From positions 278,608 to 342,607 of the IMG/VR virus record IMGVR_UViG_3300020469_003050: 64,000 nt of DNA. The stretch is one strand, 5' to 3'. Positions 9,471 through 18,980 of this stretch are shown here, one piece after another. The notes under the pieces are model-generated. The model saw nothing but the letters and a program-made list of their open reading frames with translations. It searched no databases and had not been told where the DNA came from. A program made the position numbers and the translations under genes. How positions within the stretch are numbered: the first letter of the stretch is position 1; each line of letters starts with the position of its first letter.

Positions 9471-9503
9471 TTTGTACCTGTGACATAAATGATAAATACA
9501 TAT

Positions 9504-10286
9504 ATGCGTTATTCAGATATTATAAACATCACATTTAACCAAACACTCAATGAAGCATTCGATGTCAATGAGGCAGGAGAAAGTGCGGAAAGACAAGAGA
9601 ATGGTTTTGTGAAAACAATAGCAGAAGCGATAGAACAGAATGGTGGTAAGCCTATTAAATTAATAGCAGGCGAAACTACTATTGATGGAGTAACCGGTGC
9701 AGTAAAATACACTGGTAGACAAGATTCAGGTTCAGAGCCATATACAGATATTGTACTTAAAACAAGTAAAGGTGATTTAAATCTTTCAATGAAAGGCCCA
9801 TCAGCACCATCATTAGCTGGCGGTGGGTTACGTGGTATTCAAGCAATTATACCAGATATCGGTGAAAACTTTTTTACTGCGGCCTATAAGAATTTATTAA
9901 ATAATGGTTACAAATCTGGAGATAAGATTCCAGATACAGTAGGTAAATTGAACGATAAGGACAAAATGTTACTTGTAGTTGGAACAAAGGCTATGGGAGG
10001 TCCTATAGATTATATGTATATTGGTCCAATGGACGTATCGCATGAACAAAAAGATAATACAGTAAAAGTCAATGGATCTTTATATACATCAAAGTACTAT
10101 GCAGAAAAGAAAGACTTATATTTCAGACTACGTGCTAGACGTATAGACCAGACGTTTGATGAGGACGCAAAATATAGTAATGGAATCCCTAAAATATATG
10201 GAAAATCACCATCAAAAGGTGATAGTGCAGGAAGACTTGTTATCACAGATAAGCCATCTTCTAAGGCATTAAAGATTATATTCTAA
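9504..10286 (+). CDS. PD-(D/E)XK nuclease-fold protein with possible head-targeting propeptide
   Basis: TDIVL...NLSMK; N-terminal MRYSDI...LNEA; GATAAATA box at 9491. Confidence 0.45.
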   Translation: MRYSDIINITFNQTLNEAFDVNEAGESAERQENGFVKTIAEAIEQNGGKPIKLIAGETTIDGVTGAVKYTGRQDSGSEPYTDIVLKTSKGDLNLSMKGPSAPSLAGGGLRGIQAIIPDIGENFFTAAYKNLLNNGYKSGDKIPDTVGKLNDKDKMLLVVGTKAMGGPIDYMYIGPMDVSHEQKDNTVKVNGSLYTSKYYAEKKDLYFRLRARRIDQTFDEDAKYSNGIPKIYGKSPSKGDSAGRLVITDKPSSKALKIIF

Positions 10287-10399
10287 AAAAACATCTAAAA
10301 AGCAAGTAAAATATGGCGTTTTTTACGCCTTTTAAACTTGACAAAACCACCAAAACCGTGTATACTGTAAGTATATTAACAATGAGAAAGGTATATGAA

Positions 10400-10933
10400 A
10401 TGAAAAAACTAATTGTAATGATAACTGGTGCAGTTATGCTATTCTCAAGTGTAGCAATGGCTAATGCACATCATATTAATAAAACTGTAAGAGTACAGGC
10501 AGAAGTTGTATCTTCTACTGCAATCACACAACAGGTAGTACAAAGAGTACCTGAGCAACAATGTACAGTTGTAGACGTACCTATCTATAGTACACAAAAC
10601 AATGCTACTACGGGTGACGTAATAGTAGGTGCTATTATTGGTGGTGCAATCGGTAATCAATTTGGTAAAGGTAAAGGTAACGATGCGGCGACAGTATTAG
10701 GCGCTATCATCGGTGCAGATTCAGTTAACAAAAAGAATAGTAGTAAAACTATTGTTGGTTACAAACAAGTAAATCAATGTAATACTATCTTTATCGAAAC
10801 AGTTGCAGACAAGATTGTAGGTTATACTACAACTATGAAAACTACTGAGGGCGAAACATATACGTTTCAAACTAGTTCTCAATATGCAGTTGGAACAATC
10901 GTATTCTTAAAAAAGCAAGTTTCACTAAACTAA
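10400..10933 (+). CDS. Exported glycine-zipper 2TM protein (YcfJ-like)
   Basis: Signal peptide; GAIIGGAIGNQFGKGKGNDAATVLGAIIG; promoter TTGACA(10338)-17-TATACT. Confidence 0.8.
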   Translation: MKKLIVMITGAVMLFSSVAMANAHHINKTVRVQAEVVSSTAITQQVVQRVPEQQCTVVDVPIYSTQNNATTGDVIVGAIIGGAIGNQFGKGKGNDAATVLGAIIGADSVNKKNSSKTIVGYKQVNQCNTIFIETVADKIVGYTTTMKTTEGETYTFQTSSQYAVGTIVFLKKQVSLN

Positions 10934-11006
10934 ACATAACATAGAAGTTAAATTCTCCTTCTTAATTAGATAAATACAGATGAGGTCTACTAAGAAGGAG
11001 AATATT

Positions 11007-12554
11007 ATGTTATTTCCAATTATTACCTTTGCTACGGCTATTGCGATTGCTTTTATAGCCGCGTGGTTTTCAATCGTCGGACTTATGGCGATTTTTGCCG
11101 CCTCAGCAATACCAGTAGCATTAATGGCAGGTTCACTTGAAGTCGGTAAATTAGTTGCCGCCTCATGGGTGTACCGTAATTGGAAGAGGGCTCCATTTCT
11201 ATTAAAATTTTATTTGACAATAGCAGTTGTCGTTTTGATGTTCATCACAAGCATGGGTATTTTCGGTTTCTTATCGAAAGCACACCTTGAACAAGCCGCT
11301 CAGGGAACGGCTAACGTGGCAAAGGTTGAACGTATTGACAACGATATTATCAGGTTTAATGCATTAATAGAACGTACTGAAATTAAAATAGCTAAACTTG
11401 AAAATGAAACTAGTGATGATTCATCTGATATCAATGCTCAGATTGATGCAGAGCAACAACGTATGGATAATGCGTATGCTCGTATTCAACCTGCTATTGA
11501 TGAGCAAATGGAAATCATTAGAGAAGAACAAAAAGGTTCTGATGAACAAGTAAAATCTTATACAGAACAAATTAATCGTATAGATGACCAGTTACAAAAG
11601 TTACAAACTTATGCTGATAACATCGAAGATGAAAATAATGTTAAGAAAATTCAGGCTATGATTGGTACAAAAGTAGATGGAAGATATGGATATCGTACTG
11701 CTGGCAAGGTTACTGATTTTATTGAGAAATCAAATGCTGAAAAACAGAAACTAATTGCTATTGTAGAAGATATTCGTAATTCAGTAAACACAGATATTAT
11801 CGACCAGGCACGTGAAGAAATCAAAAGACTACGTGCAATGGCAGACAGAGAAATACAAAATGCACAAGATAATATTAATCGTCTACGAAACGTCTTATCA
11901 CAAGTAGGAGAAATAGACAATACAGATGAAATCGATACTTTAGTTATAAAGGTGTCAGATACAGAGCAAAGAATCGAAGTTCTTTTAGATGAGAAGTTTG
12001 AAATTGAAAGCGAAGTTAGACAACTTGAAGCAGAAGTAGGACCAATAAAATATATAGCAGAACTAATATATGGAGAAACCAATCCCACTATTATTGATTC
12101 GGCTGTACGTTGGTTAATCATCGTGTTTATATTTGTTTTCGACCCATTGGCTGTTATATTATTGGTTGCGGCAAACTACAGTTTTGCTAATAGAAATAAC
12201 CATGAAAACAGACAACAAGAAATGTTTGATGGACTTTTTCACAGAAATGAAGAAAAAACGCTTGACAAAACGACCTCAATGAGCGATAATAAAGATATTG
12301 ATTTGGATACAGAAGAAGAAACTGTTGAAGAAATTAAAGATGAAATTAAAGATGAAAAAGAAACTGAAAACGTGGAAGTAGTTAAATCAGAAACTAAAAA
12401 GCCAGGTGGCGTATATTTAGATCCAGCTGAAATTGATTTAAAGAACATCGATGAGAAATCATTGAAAGAAATTAAATCGAAAGTAGAAAGAGAAATAAAT
12501 ACTAAAGCAGAGAAACGTTCTGGCTGGCTAGATGATTTAAACAATGGAAAATAA
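11007..12554 (+). CDS. Membrane-anchored long coiled-coil protein with a PG-binding-like motif
   Basis: N-terminal TMs, about 270 aa coiled coil, C-proximal TM (FVFDPLAV); IQAMIG..VDGRYG..T. Confidence 0.65.
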   Translation: MLFPIITFATAIAIAFIAAWFSIVGLMAIFAASAIPVALMAGSLEVGKLVAASWVYRNWKRAPFLLKFYLTIAVVVLMFITSMGIFGFLSKAHLEQAAQGTANVAKVERIDNDIIRFNALIERTEIKIAKLENETSDDSSDINAQIDAEQQRMDNAYARIQPAIDEQMEIIREEQKGSDEQVKSYTEQINRIDDQLQKLQTYADNIEDENNVKKIQAMIGTKVDGRYGYRTAGKVTDFIEKSNAEKQKLIAIVEDIRNSVNTDIIDQAREEIKRLRAMADREIQNAQDNINRLRNVLSQVGEIDNTDEIDTLVIKVSDTEQRIEVLLDEKFEIESEVRQLEAEVGPIKYIAELIYGETNPTIIDSAVRWLIIVFIFVFDPLAVILLVAANYSFANRNNHENRQQEMFDGLFHRNEEKTLDKTTSMSDNKDIDLDTEEETVEEIKDEIKDEKETENVEVVKSETKKPGGVYLDPAEIDLKNIDEKSLKEIKSKVEREINTKAEKRSGWLDDLNNGK

Positions 12555-12571
12555 CAGAGAAAGTATAAACA

Positions 12572-13846
12572 TTGGCTGACAAAAAAGATTATCATTGTTC
12601 ATTTTGTGGGAAACATAAGAATGAAATTAGTACATTAATTGCAGGTCCTTCGACATTTATCTGTAATGAATGTATTGACCTATGTCACTCTATCGTATAT
12701 GAACGCAAGAATGTAACTAAAAAATCTAAAACTGTAAACAGTGACATTCCGACACCTGACGAAATTAATGAGTTTTTGAATGCTCATGTAATTGGTCAGG
12801 GAGAAGCTAAAGAAGTCCTGAGTGTGGCTGTTTACAATCATTATAAAAGAATTAATCAATCAGAAGATGATGATGTAGAGTTAGAGAAATCTAATGTTAT
12901 GATGCTCGGTCCTTCTGGTACAGGTAAAACACTCTTAGCAAAAACAATCGCAAAATTCTTAGATGTTCCTTTCGCACAAGTCGATGCAACTACATTAACA
13001 GAAAGTGGTTATGTAGGTGAAGATGTTGAAAACGTAATACAACGTTTACTTATGAATGCAGACTTTGAAATTAAGAAAGCAGAACAGGGTATTATCTACA
13101 TAGATGAGATAGATAAGAAAGCTAAAAAGGGTGAAAGTATTTCAATCACTAAAGATGTTAGTGGTGAAGGTGTTCAACAAGCCTTATTAAAAATTGTTGA
13201 AGGCACTGTTGTTCGTGTTCCGCCAGGTGGTGGGAGAAAACATCCAGGTGCTGATATGCTTGAAGTTAATACTGATAACATTTTATTCATTGTAGGTGGT
13301 GCATTTGTAGGACTTGATAAAGTAATCAAACGAAGATTGAATTCAAATGGTTCAATTGGTTTTGGTGCAAGAGTTATGGCACAAGATAGCAGTGATGATA
13401 TGACAGTATCACAAGAAGTGTTGCCAGAAGACGTAATTAAATATGGTATCATTCCAGAATTTATGGGTCGTTTTCCAATACTTGTAGGCATAGACGATTT
13501 AACTGAACGTGAGTTAAGTCGTATATTAACAGAACCTAAGAATAATTTAACTGCACAATTTAAGAAGATTTTTAAATTAGATGGTGTAGATTTAAATTTT
13601 ACTGAGGATGCAATAACAGAGATATCTAAAATAGCAAAAAAGAATAAGACTGGAGCAAGAGGTCTAAGAAGTGTTTTAGAAAAGTCATTGTTAAAATTAC
13701 AATTCAAATTACCTAAGCTATCAAAGAATGCTGGCTTAACGTCTGTTGAAATAACTGGTGACTTTATTAATAAAAATGCTGATCCAATTTTGGTATTTAA
13801 GGATGAAACAGAGGAAAATATAAACATTAATGAAAAGAAACTTTAA
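12572..13846 (+). CDS. clpX: ATP-dependent Clp protease ATPase ClpX
   Basis: CSFCGK/CNEC zinc finger, GPSGTGKT, GYVG, RKH, IGF loop; TTG start. Confidence 0.97.
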   Translation: MADKKDYHCSFCGKHKNEISTLIAGPSTFICNECIDLCHSIVYERKNVTKKSKTVNSDIPTPDEINEFLNAHVIGQGEAKEVLSVAVYNHYKRINQSEDDDVELEKSNVMMLGPSGTGKTLLAKTIAKFLDVPFAQVDATTLTESGYVGEDVENVIQRLLMNADFEIKKAEQGIIYIDEIDKKAKKGESISITKDVSGEGVQQALLKIVEGTVVRVPPGGGRKHPGADMLEVNTDNILFIVGGAFVGLDKVIKRRLNSNGSIGFGARVMAQDSSDDMTVSQEVLPEDVIKYGIIPEFMGRFPILVGIDDLTERELSRILTEPKNNLTAQFKKIFKLDGVDLNFTEDAITEISKIAKKNKTGARGLRSVLEKSLLKLQFKLPKLSKNAGLTSVEITGDFINKNADPILVFKDETEENININEKKL

Positions 13847-14375
13847 AGATGAAAGAGGGCGAAAGCCTTTTATTATCGCTAACCAACGTATCCGTGCAGA
13901 CGAGTTACGTGTGGTAACAGACCAAGGTGAGCAACTTGGTATCATGCAAAAAAATCAAGCACAACAAAAAGCGGATGCTGACGGATTAGATTTAGTTCTT
14001 ATAGTTCCTAACGCCAATCCTCCTGTAGCAAAAATCATTAGTATAAATAAGTACAACTACGAAATCAAAAAACGTGAGAAAGAGAAGGCAAAACTAGCCA
14101 GACAAAATTCAGTTGAAGTTAAAGAAGTTAAGTTCAGACCAGCTATAGGCGAGAATGACCTAAAGATGAAACTTAACCAAGTTCAAAAGTTTATTGACAA
14201 AGGCAATAAAGTAAAAGTGACAATACAAATGAGGGGCAGGGAAAATGCAAAAGCTACAGAAGTTTTAGCATATTTCAATTCCCAAATCTCTGAATACTTG
14301 AGTAGTTTTAAGTATGACCTTCCTCTAAAAACTAACGGGAATAGAATAATAGGTGTAATAATAAAAAATGACTAG
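13830..14375 (+). CDS. infC: Translation initiation factor IF-3
   Basis: NQRIRADELRV, LDLV...PPVAKI, KEVKFRP, KVKVTIQMRGRE. Confidence 0.95.
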   Translation: MKRNFKDERGRKPFIIANQRIRADELRVVTDQGEQLGIMQKNQAQQKADADGLDLVLIVPNANPPVAKIISINKYNYEIKKREKEKAKLARQNSVEVKEVKFRPAIGENDLKMKLNQVQKFIDKGNKVKVTIQMRGRENAKATEVLAYFNSQISEYLSSFKYDLPLKTNGNRIIGVIIKND

Positions 14376-14634
14376 TTACAATAATAGTTATAGAAACAAA
14401 AATAATAGAAATGATTTTTCACAAACAGGTAAATCAGGTCTAACAGTAGAAGTAAGAAACGGGCAGTTTGAAAGAGCATTAAGAAAGTTCAAAAAGAAAG
14501 TGCAAGAAGCAGGTATCATACAGGAAGTACGAGACAGAAAGGCTTATGTTAAACCAAGTGAAGTTAAACGTAAGGCTAGGGACGCCGGAAAAAAACGTTG
14601 GTACAGAAAAATGAAAATGCAGGAACTAGAATAA
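14368..14634 (+). CDS. rpsU: Ribosomal protein bS21
   Basis: VEVRNGQFERALRKFKKKV...YVKPS. Confidence 0.92.
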   Translation: MTSYNNSYRNKNNRNDFSQTGKSGLTVEVRNGQFERALRKFKKKVQEAGIIQEVRDRKAYVKPSEVKRKARDAGKKRWYRKMKMQELE

Positions 14635-14660
14635 AAAAGGGGAACCTAAGTCCCCCTTTT
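14634..14660. terminator. Bidirectional intrinsic terminator
   Basis: AAAAAGGGGA-ACCTAAG-TCCCCCTTTT between convergent genes. Confidence 0.7.
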
Positions 14661-14682
14661 AATCTTAATAATTATGTCTCTA

Positions 14683-15000
14683 TTAGAACAAATGATTATC
14701 AGAGAATTCTTCAAAGATAGGTTGACTATCAGCAAATCCTTGCATTTGAGTACCGATAGCAGTTTCAATAGCATTCATAGTTTCGTTGTTTGGATAAACA
14801 ACTGTAATCATGCCTTCAAACTTATCAGCAGTCAATTCTTCTTTGTATTTTGTAGCATCATTCAAATCAATACCGTTATCAGAAAGAATTGTTCTCATAA
14901 GGTTGTAATATGAACTGTAGCTATTCTCAGAAATCAGTTGAGCATTATCGTCATATTGTTTCACAATATGTGGATAAAATACTTTTGTTTCTTTAATCAT
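14683..15000 (-). CDS. Hypothetical protein
   Basis: AGGAGG RBS; GATAAATA box on the - strand (15038-15045). Confidence 0.65.
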   Translation of the reverse strand: MIKETKVFYPHIVKQYDDNAQLISENSYSSYYNLMRTILSDNGIDLNDATKYKEELTADKFEGMITVVYPNNETMNAIETAIGTQMQGFADSQPIFEEFSDNHLF

Positions 15001-15068
15001 AATAGGTGGCCTCCTAAAGTCTGTTTGATTATACTGTTATTTATCAAAATTAAAATAAGGATTGTGAA

Positions 15069-15314
15069 TTGGATATAGATTTAGACAAATTATCACTAAG
15101 AGAACTGCAACAAGAAAGCACCAGAGCATTGCTTACGCAGGACGGAACTAGTGTAGGTATCTCAAAATACAACAAAAAAGCTAATCATAATAGTCAATTA
15201 TGGTACAAAGCAGTACTTGAAGACTATATTGAGAAATATGGTGGTTTACCTCGTGATGCAGGCCCATCTAAGGGAATTGTACTTTTTTCAGAAAAACTTG
15301 ATAAAGGCACTTGA
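15069..15314 (+). CDS. Hypothetical protein
   Basis: ORF track, TTG start, RBS. Confidence 0.55.
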   Translation: MDIDLDKLSLRELQQESTRALLTQDGTSVGISKYNKKANHNSQLWYKAVLEDYIEKYGGLPRDAGPSKGIVLFSEKLDKGT

Positions 15315-15372
15315 CATTTGGAAAAAAATCACTATATTATAATATATGCATAAAATTATGCATAAATAACTG

Positions 15373-15432
15373 TGTAGATTGCTTTAGATAGGATCTACAT
15401 TTAAATTAACTTGCTTAATAAAGGAGTAAACA
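15373..15432 (+). promoter_or_regulatory. ROSE-like RNA thermometer in hsp20 leader
   Basis: Upstream hairpin TGTAGAT/ATCTACA; ACTTGCT (15409-15415) pairs with SD AGGAGT (15422-15427) with a bulged G. Confidence 0.65.
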
Positions 15433-15876
15433 ATGACAAACGGACTATCTATTTTTAACCAGTTACGACCTGTAACTGTAGGCTTTGACAACATGTTTGA
15501 CCACTTTGAACGTATGTTCGATGGCGATGTTGCAACATTTCAAACTCAAGTAAACTTCCCACCTTACAATATCGTAAAGACTGGAGATTTCACTTATGAT
15601 GTAGAACTAGCATTAGCTGGATTCTCAAAAGATGATATTACAGTTGACTATGCTGATAACATTTTGACGGTTAAATCTGTTAAGAAAGAAAAATCAGATG
15701 ATGATAAAGACGGTGTTCTTCACAGAGGTATCTCTAAAAGAATGTTCTCTAAAGCATTCACTATTGCAGATGATGTTGAAGTGAAAGGTGCAGAGTTGAA
15801 AGACGGGTTACTGAAAATATCTTTAGAACGTATCGTTCCAGAAGGTAAGAAGCCTCGTAATATCGAAATATCATAA
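15433..15876 (+). CDS. Small heat-shock protein Hsp20 (IbpA-like)
   Basis: FPPYNI, LALAGF, LHRGIS.R.F, AELKDGLLKI. Confidence 0.95.
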   Translation: MTNGLSIFNQLRPVTVGFDNMFDHFERMFDGDVATFQTQVNFPPYNIVKTGDFTYDVELALAGFSKDDITVDYADNILTVKSVKKEKSDDDKDGVLHRGISKRMFSKAFTIADDVEVKGAELKDGLLKISLERIVPEGKKPRNIEIS

Positions 15877-15894
15877 AATATTTCTAATCAAAAT

Positions 15895-15924
15895 AAAAGC
15901 GAGGGATTCGTTCCTCGCTTTTTT
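15895..15924 (+). terminator. Intrinsic terminator
   Basis: AAAAGCGAGG-GATTCGTT-CCTCGCTTTTTT. Confidence 0.8.
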
Positions 15925-15999
15925 ATATAAAAATCACTTGATAAATTCCTTTATAAATGCTATAATACAGATAAATACTATAGACAGTGAGGAAAATAA

Positions 16000-16314
16000 A
16001 TGCACGTACAAAACGATAGTGAAACAGTAGTTGATGCATCTACTAGGACTTCAATAGAACCTCCTAAGAGATATTATATTGTTATGCATAATGATGATTC
16101 AACTCCTATAGATTTTGTAGTAAAGGTGTTAATCGAACTGTATAAACACGAAGACCAAACGGCGGCTGACCTAGCAAATAAAATTCACATAGATGAAAAA
16201 GCTATTGTCGGCATGTTCAATTTAGAAATAGCAGAACAGAAGGTGGAAGAGACTCACGGAACAAGTAGGGCGCATGGTTACCCATTAACGGTAACATTAG
16301 AACAAGCAGATTAA
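16000..16314 (+). CDS. clpS: Clp protease adaptor ClpS
   Basis: PPKRYYIVMHNDDSTPIDFV, IH, AEQKV, GYPL. Confidence 0.92.
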   Translation: MHVQNDSETVVDASTRTSIEPPKRYYIVMHNDDSTPIDFVVKVLIELYKHEDQTAADLANKIHIDEKAIVGMFNLEIAEQKVEETHGTSRAHGYPLTVTLEQAD

Positions 16315-16328
16315 CCGGAGAACTCCCC

Positions 16329-17036
16329 ATGATTTCCTATAAATTTTTACAATATAACACGGATAACCTCCGCCTCGGATGGCCTATCCTTGAACAGTTA
16401 GCTGGACAAAGCGACTTTTTATTACTACAAAGATTTCCAAAAGATAAACAAAAAGAACTATGCAACATAACTGGCAAAGCATTCTTAGGTGAAAGTGTAA
16501 CGAATAAAAATTTATCACTTGCTATAGGTAGAGCAAATGGTTTAAGTTCAGTTGGAGGTATAGAAACTATAAACTTACCAAGTAGTCAACTAGTACAAGC
16601 AGTTGGTAATGAATGGCAAGGATGTAGTGCCCTAAAAGGTATGTATAATAATAAATTATTAGTTTCAGCATTACCTTGTTATCCCGAATCAATTGGAGAA
16701 TTTCCAATATCAAAGGCAGATAACGAAAAAGATATAAAATTTCTTTTAGAAACATTCAAAGATGAGCCTACTATTATTGCAGGTGATTTTCATTTTAGTC
16801 CAGAAGACAATGCGATAAATGACTTAATAGAAGCAAATGGATTTAAGAGTTATTTGGATGGACATAAGACATTCAAATCCTCAAGCAATGGACAAATGAT
16901 GAATTTAGATAAATTATTATGTAACTTTCCTATTGACATTTCGGATATAATAGTGCATAATACAGATATAGATATACAACAAGGACATTTTCCTATAACG
17001 TATACATTGAGTTGGGAAGCAAACCCAAAAGACTAA
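16329..17036 (+). CDS. Endonuclease/exonuclease/phosphatase (EEP)-fold protein, divergent
   Basis: LQYN, DFLLLQ, IIAGDF, LDKL, GHFPI. Confidence 0.55.
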   Translation: MISYKFLQYNTDNLRLGWPILEQLAGQSDFLLLQRFPKDKQKELCNITGKAFLGESVTNKNLSLAIGRANGLSSVGGIETINLPSSQLVQAVGNEWQGCSALKGMYNNKLLVSALPCYPESIGEFPISKADNEKDIKFLLETFKDEPTIIAGDFHFSPEDNAINDLIEANGFKSYLDGHKTFKSSSNGQMMNLDKLLCNFPIDISDIIVHNTDIDIQQGHFPITYTLSWEANPKD

Positions 17037-17049
17037 TATGAGGACATAA

Positions 17050-17727
17050 ATGAATTTAAAAATCTTACACGAATTAGATAGAATTCTAAAACACAATCCA
17101 AGTTTGCAATCAAATAAACACACACTTTGCCAAGTTGTAAATGGTGTATTTGATATTGAACTAAAGCAAATTGATAATACAGAGGTTCATGCACTAGCAG
17201 AGCAAATTGATAGAGAAGTGTTGTCAAACTATTTTAGTAGAGTTTGGCAACCTGAAACAAAGAAATACAAATATAGCGGTCTTTCAATCATAGATGAAGT
17301 GAATGCAATGAACCCTGATAATGTAGTCGATATTGGTTGTGGTTATAACGAGTTCAAAGGAAAGATTAGTAATCTAGTTGGTATTGATCCGTATAATGAT
17401 AGAGCGGATATTAGTGTACATACATTAGATTATAAACCAGACGTTGAATTTGATGTTGCCATATGTTTAGGTAGTATTAATTTCGGTAGCAGTGATAAGA
17501 TACTTAATGAACTTGAAAATGTAGTAAACATGGTCAAGTCAGGCGGGCTCTTATATTTCAGAGTTAATCCTGGTATTCAACATGATAAACCAGCGGCTAA
17601 ATGGATTAACTTTTATGATTGGGATCCAATCTTCATTTCAAATGCCGCAGAACATCTTAATTGTAACGTATTAACATTACGCCAAGACGAAGGCGATAGA
17701 TTTTATTTTGTTTTACGTAAAAAATAA
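17050..17727 (+). CDS. Class I SAM-dependent methyltransferase
   Basis: VDIGCG, GIDPY, FDVAICLGSINF, KSGG. Confidence 0.8.
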   Translation: MNLKILHELDRILKHNPSLQSNKHTLCQVVNGVFDIELKQIDNTEVHALAEQIDREVLSNYFSRVWQPETKKYKYSGLSIIDEVNAMNPDNVVDIGCGYNEFKGKISNLVGIDPYNDRADISVHTLDYKPDVEFDVAICLGSINFGSSDKILNELENVVNMVKSGGLLYFRVNPGIQHDKPAAKWINFYDWDPIFISNAAEHLNCNVLTLRQDEGDRFYFVLRKK

Positions 17728-17914
17728 GCATATATAATTATATACGAATATAAATGATAAATAAAAGTAATACGGAGCCGTATTACTAATACATGTATTG
17801 CAGAGTTGCAACATGTCTTATCTCACTTAAATCAAAAACAAGAAATAGGATATGGGTGTAATATGCAATTCCATATACTATTCTTTATAACTAAACTACA
17901 TAAAGGAGAAATAT

Positions 17915-18970
17915 ATGTTTAGAAAATTAGTAATGACAGTTGCATTGACTTTAGGTCTAGCAACATCGGCATTAGCTGATTATACATTGATTGTTCCTCA
18001 GGAGCCTGGTAAAGGTACTTCTGTATGGGGAGAAATCATTGCTAAGAACTTAGAAAAGTTCATCGGTGAACCAGTCGTAGTTCGACATATCCCAGGTGCA
18101 AGAGATATTCCTGGATTCAATAAATTCCACAAAAGCCTACGTTTTGATGACAAAACAATCATGGTTGCACACGGTGGTAACGGTGTATCATACTTACTAG
18201 ATAAAGTTGATTACAATTATTTCGATTATGAACTAATTGGTTCAATGAACAATGATATCGTTCTTGGTAAGCATGAAGGCGCAAGTGAAAAAGAAGACCA
18301 TTGGACAATCGCAGGCGGATCAGGTTTCGAACCAGATGCGGCGGCAGTTGCAATGTTAATCTGTGGACCAACAGGTAATAATTCAGTTGATGATTATCTA
18401 GCATGTTGGAGAGAACGTGTAACTTGGGTTAACGGCGTATCAGGCGGTGAAAAACGTCTTGGTTTTAAAAACGGCGAATTCGATGTAGCACGTGAATCAC
18501 CAGCGGCATGGAAACGTTTCTATGAAGGTATTGAAGGTAATGAACTATGGTTCACACACGGCATCCTAGACTTAGAAAACAATGTACAAATGGCAGATCC
18601 AAACTTCCCTAACACACAGTTTGAGGATGTATACGAGTCACTATGGGGCGAAAGACCATCAGGTGATTTATATCAAGCATATAAACTAACTCGTAACTGG
18701 CGTGATGCTATTCAAAAATCACTTTGGATGAACAAAGGTAACCCAAATGCGGCAAAAGTTAAAGCGGCTGTAACTGAAATGATTAATGATCCAGTTGCAA
18801 GTGCAGAGATTTATGCTAAGACTGGTGTTTACCCTTGGATTCAAGATGGACCAGCTTTATTGGCGGCTTTGAAATCTTTAATTACAGAGAAAGCACTTAA
18901 AGATGCGGTTCGTTGGAACCAAGAAGCATATGGCTTCCCATCAATCTATAAGCCTGAACTTTTAAACTAA
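17915..18970 (+). CDS. Tripartite tricarboxylate transporter substrate-binding protein (TctC-like)
   Basis: Signal peptide; LIVPQEPGKGT, VVVRHIPGA; adjacent to TctA. Confidence 0.7.
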   Translation: MFRKLVMTVALTLGLATSALADYTLIVPQEPGKGTSVWGEIIAKNLEKFIGEPVVVRHIPGARDIPGFNKFHKSLRFDDKTIMVAHGGNGVSYLLDKVDYNYFDYELIGSMNNDIVLGKHEGASEKEDHWTIAGGSGFEPDAAAVAMLICGPTGNNSVDDYLACWRERVTWVNGVSGGEKRLGFKNGEFDVARESPAAWKRFYEGIEGNELWFTHGILDLENNVQMADPNFPNTQFEDVYESLWGERPSGDLYQAYKLTRNWRDAIQKSLWMNKGNPNAAKVKAAVTEMINDPVASAEIYAKTGVYPWIQDGPALLAALKSLITEKALKDAVRWNQEAYGFPSIYKPELLN

Positions 18971-18980
18971 GGATATAGCT

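Noticed and set aside
13174-13827. 217-aa minus-strand ORF, and similar ones at 1041-1535, 11651-12121, 12239-12595, 56347-56757
   Set aside because: Antisense shadows of well-supported + strand genes, with no recognisable motifs
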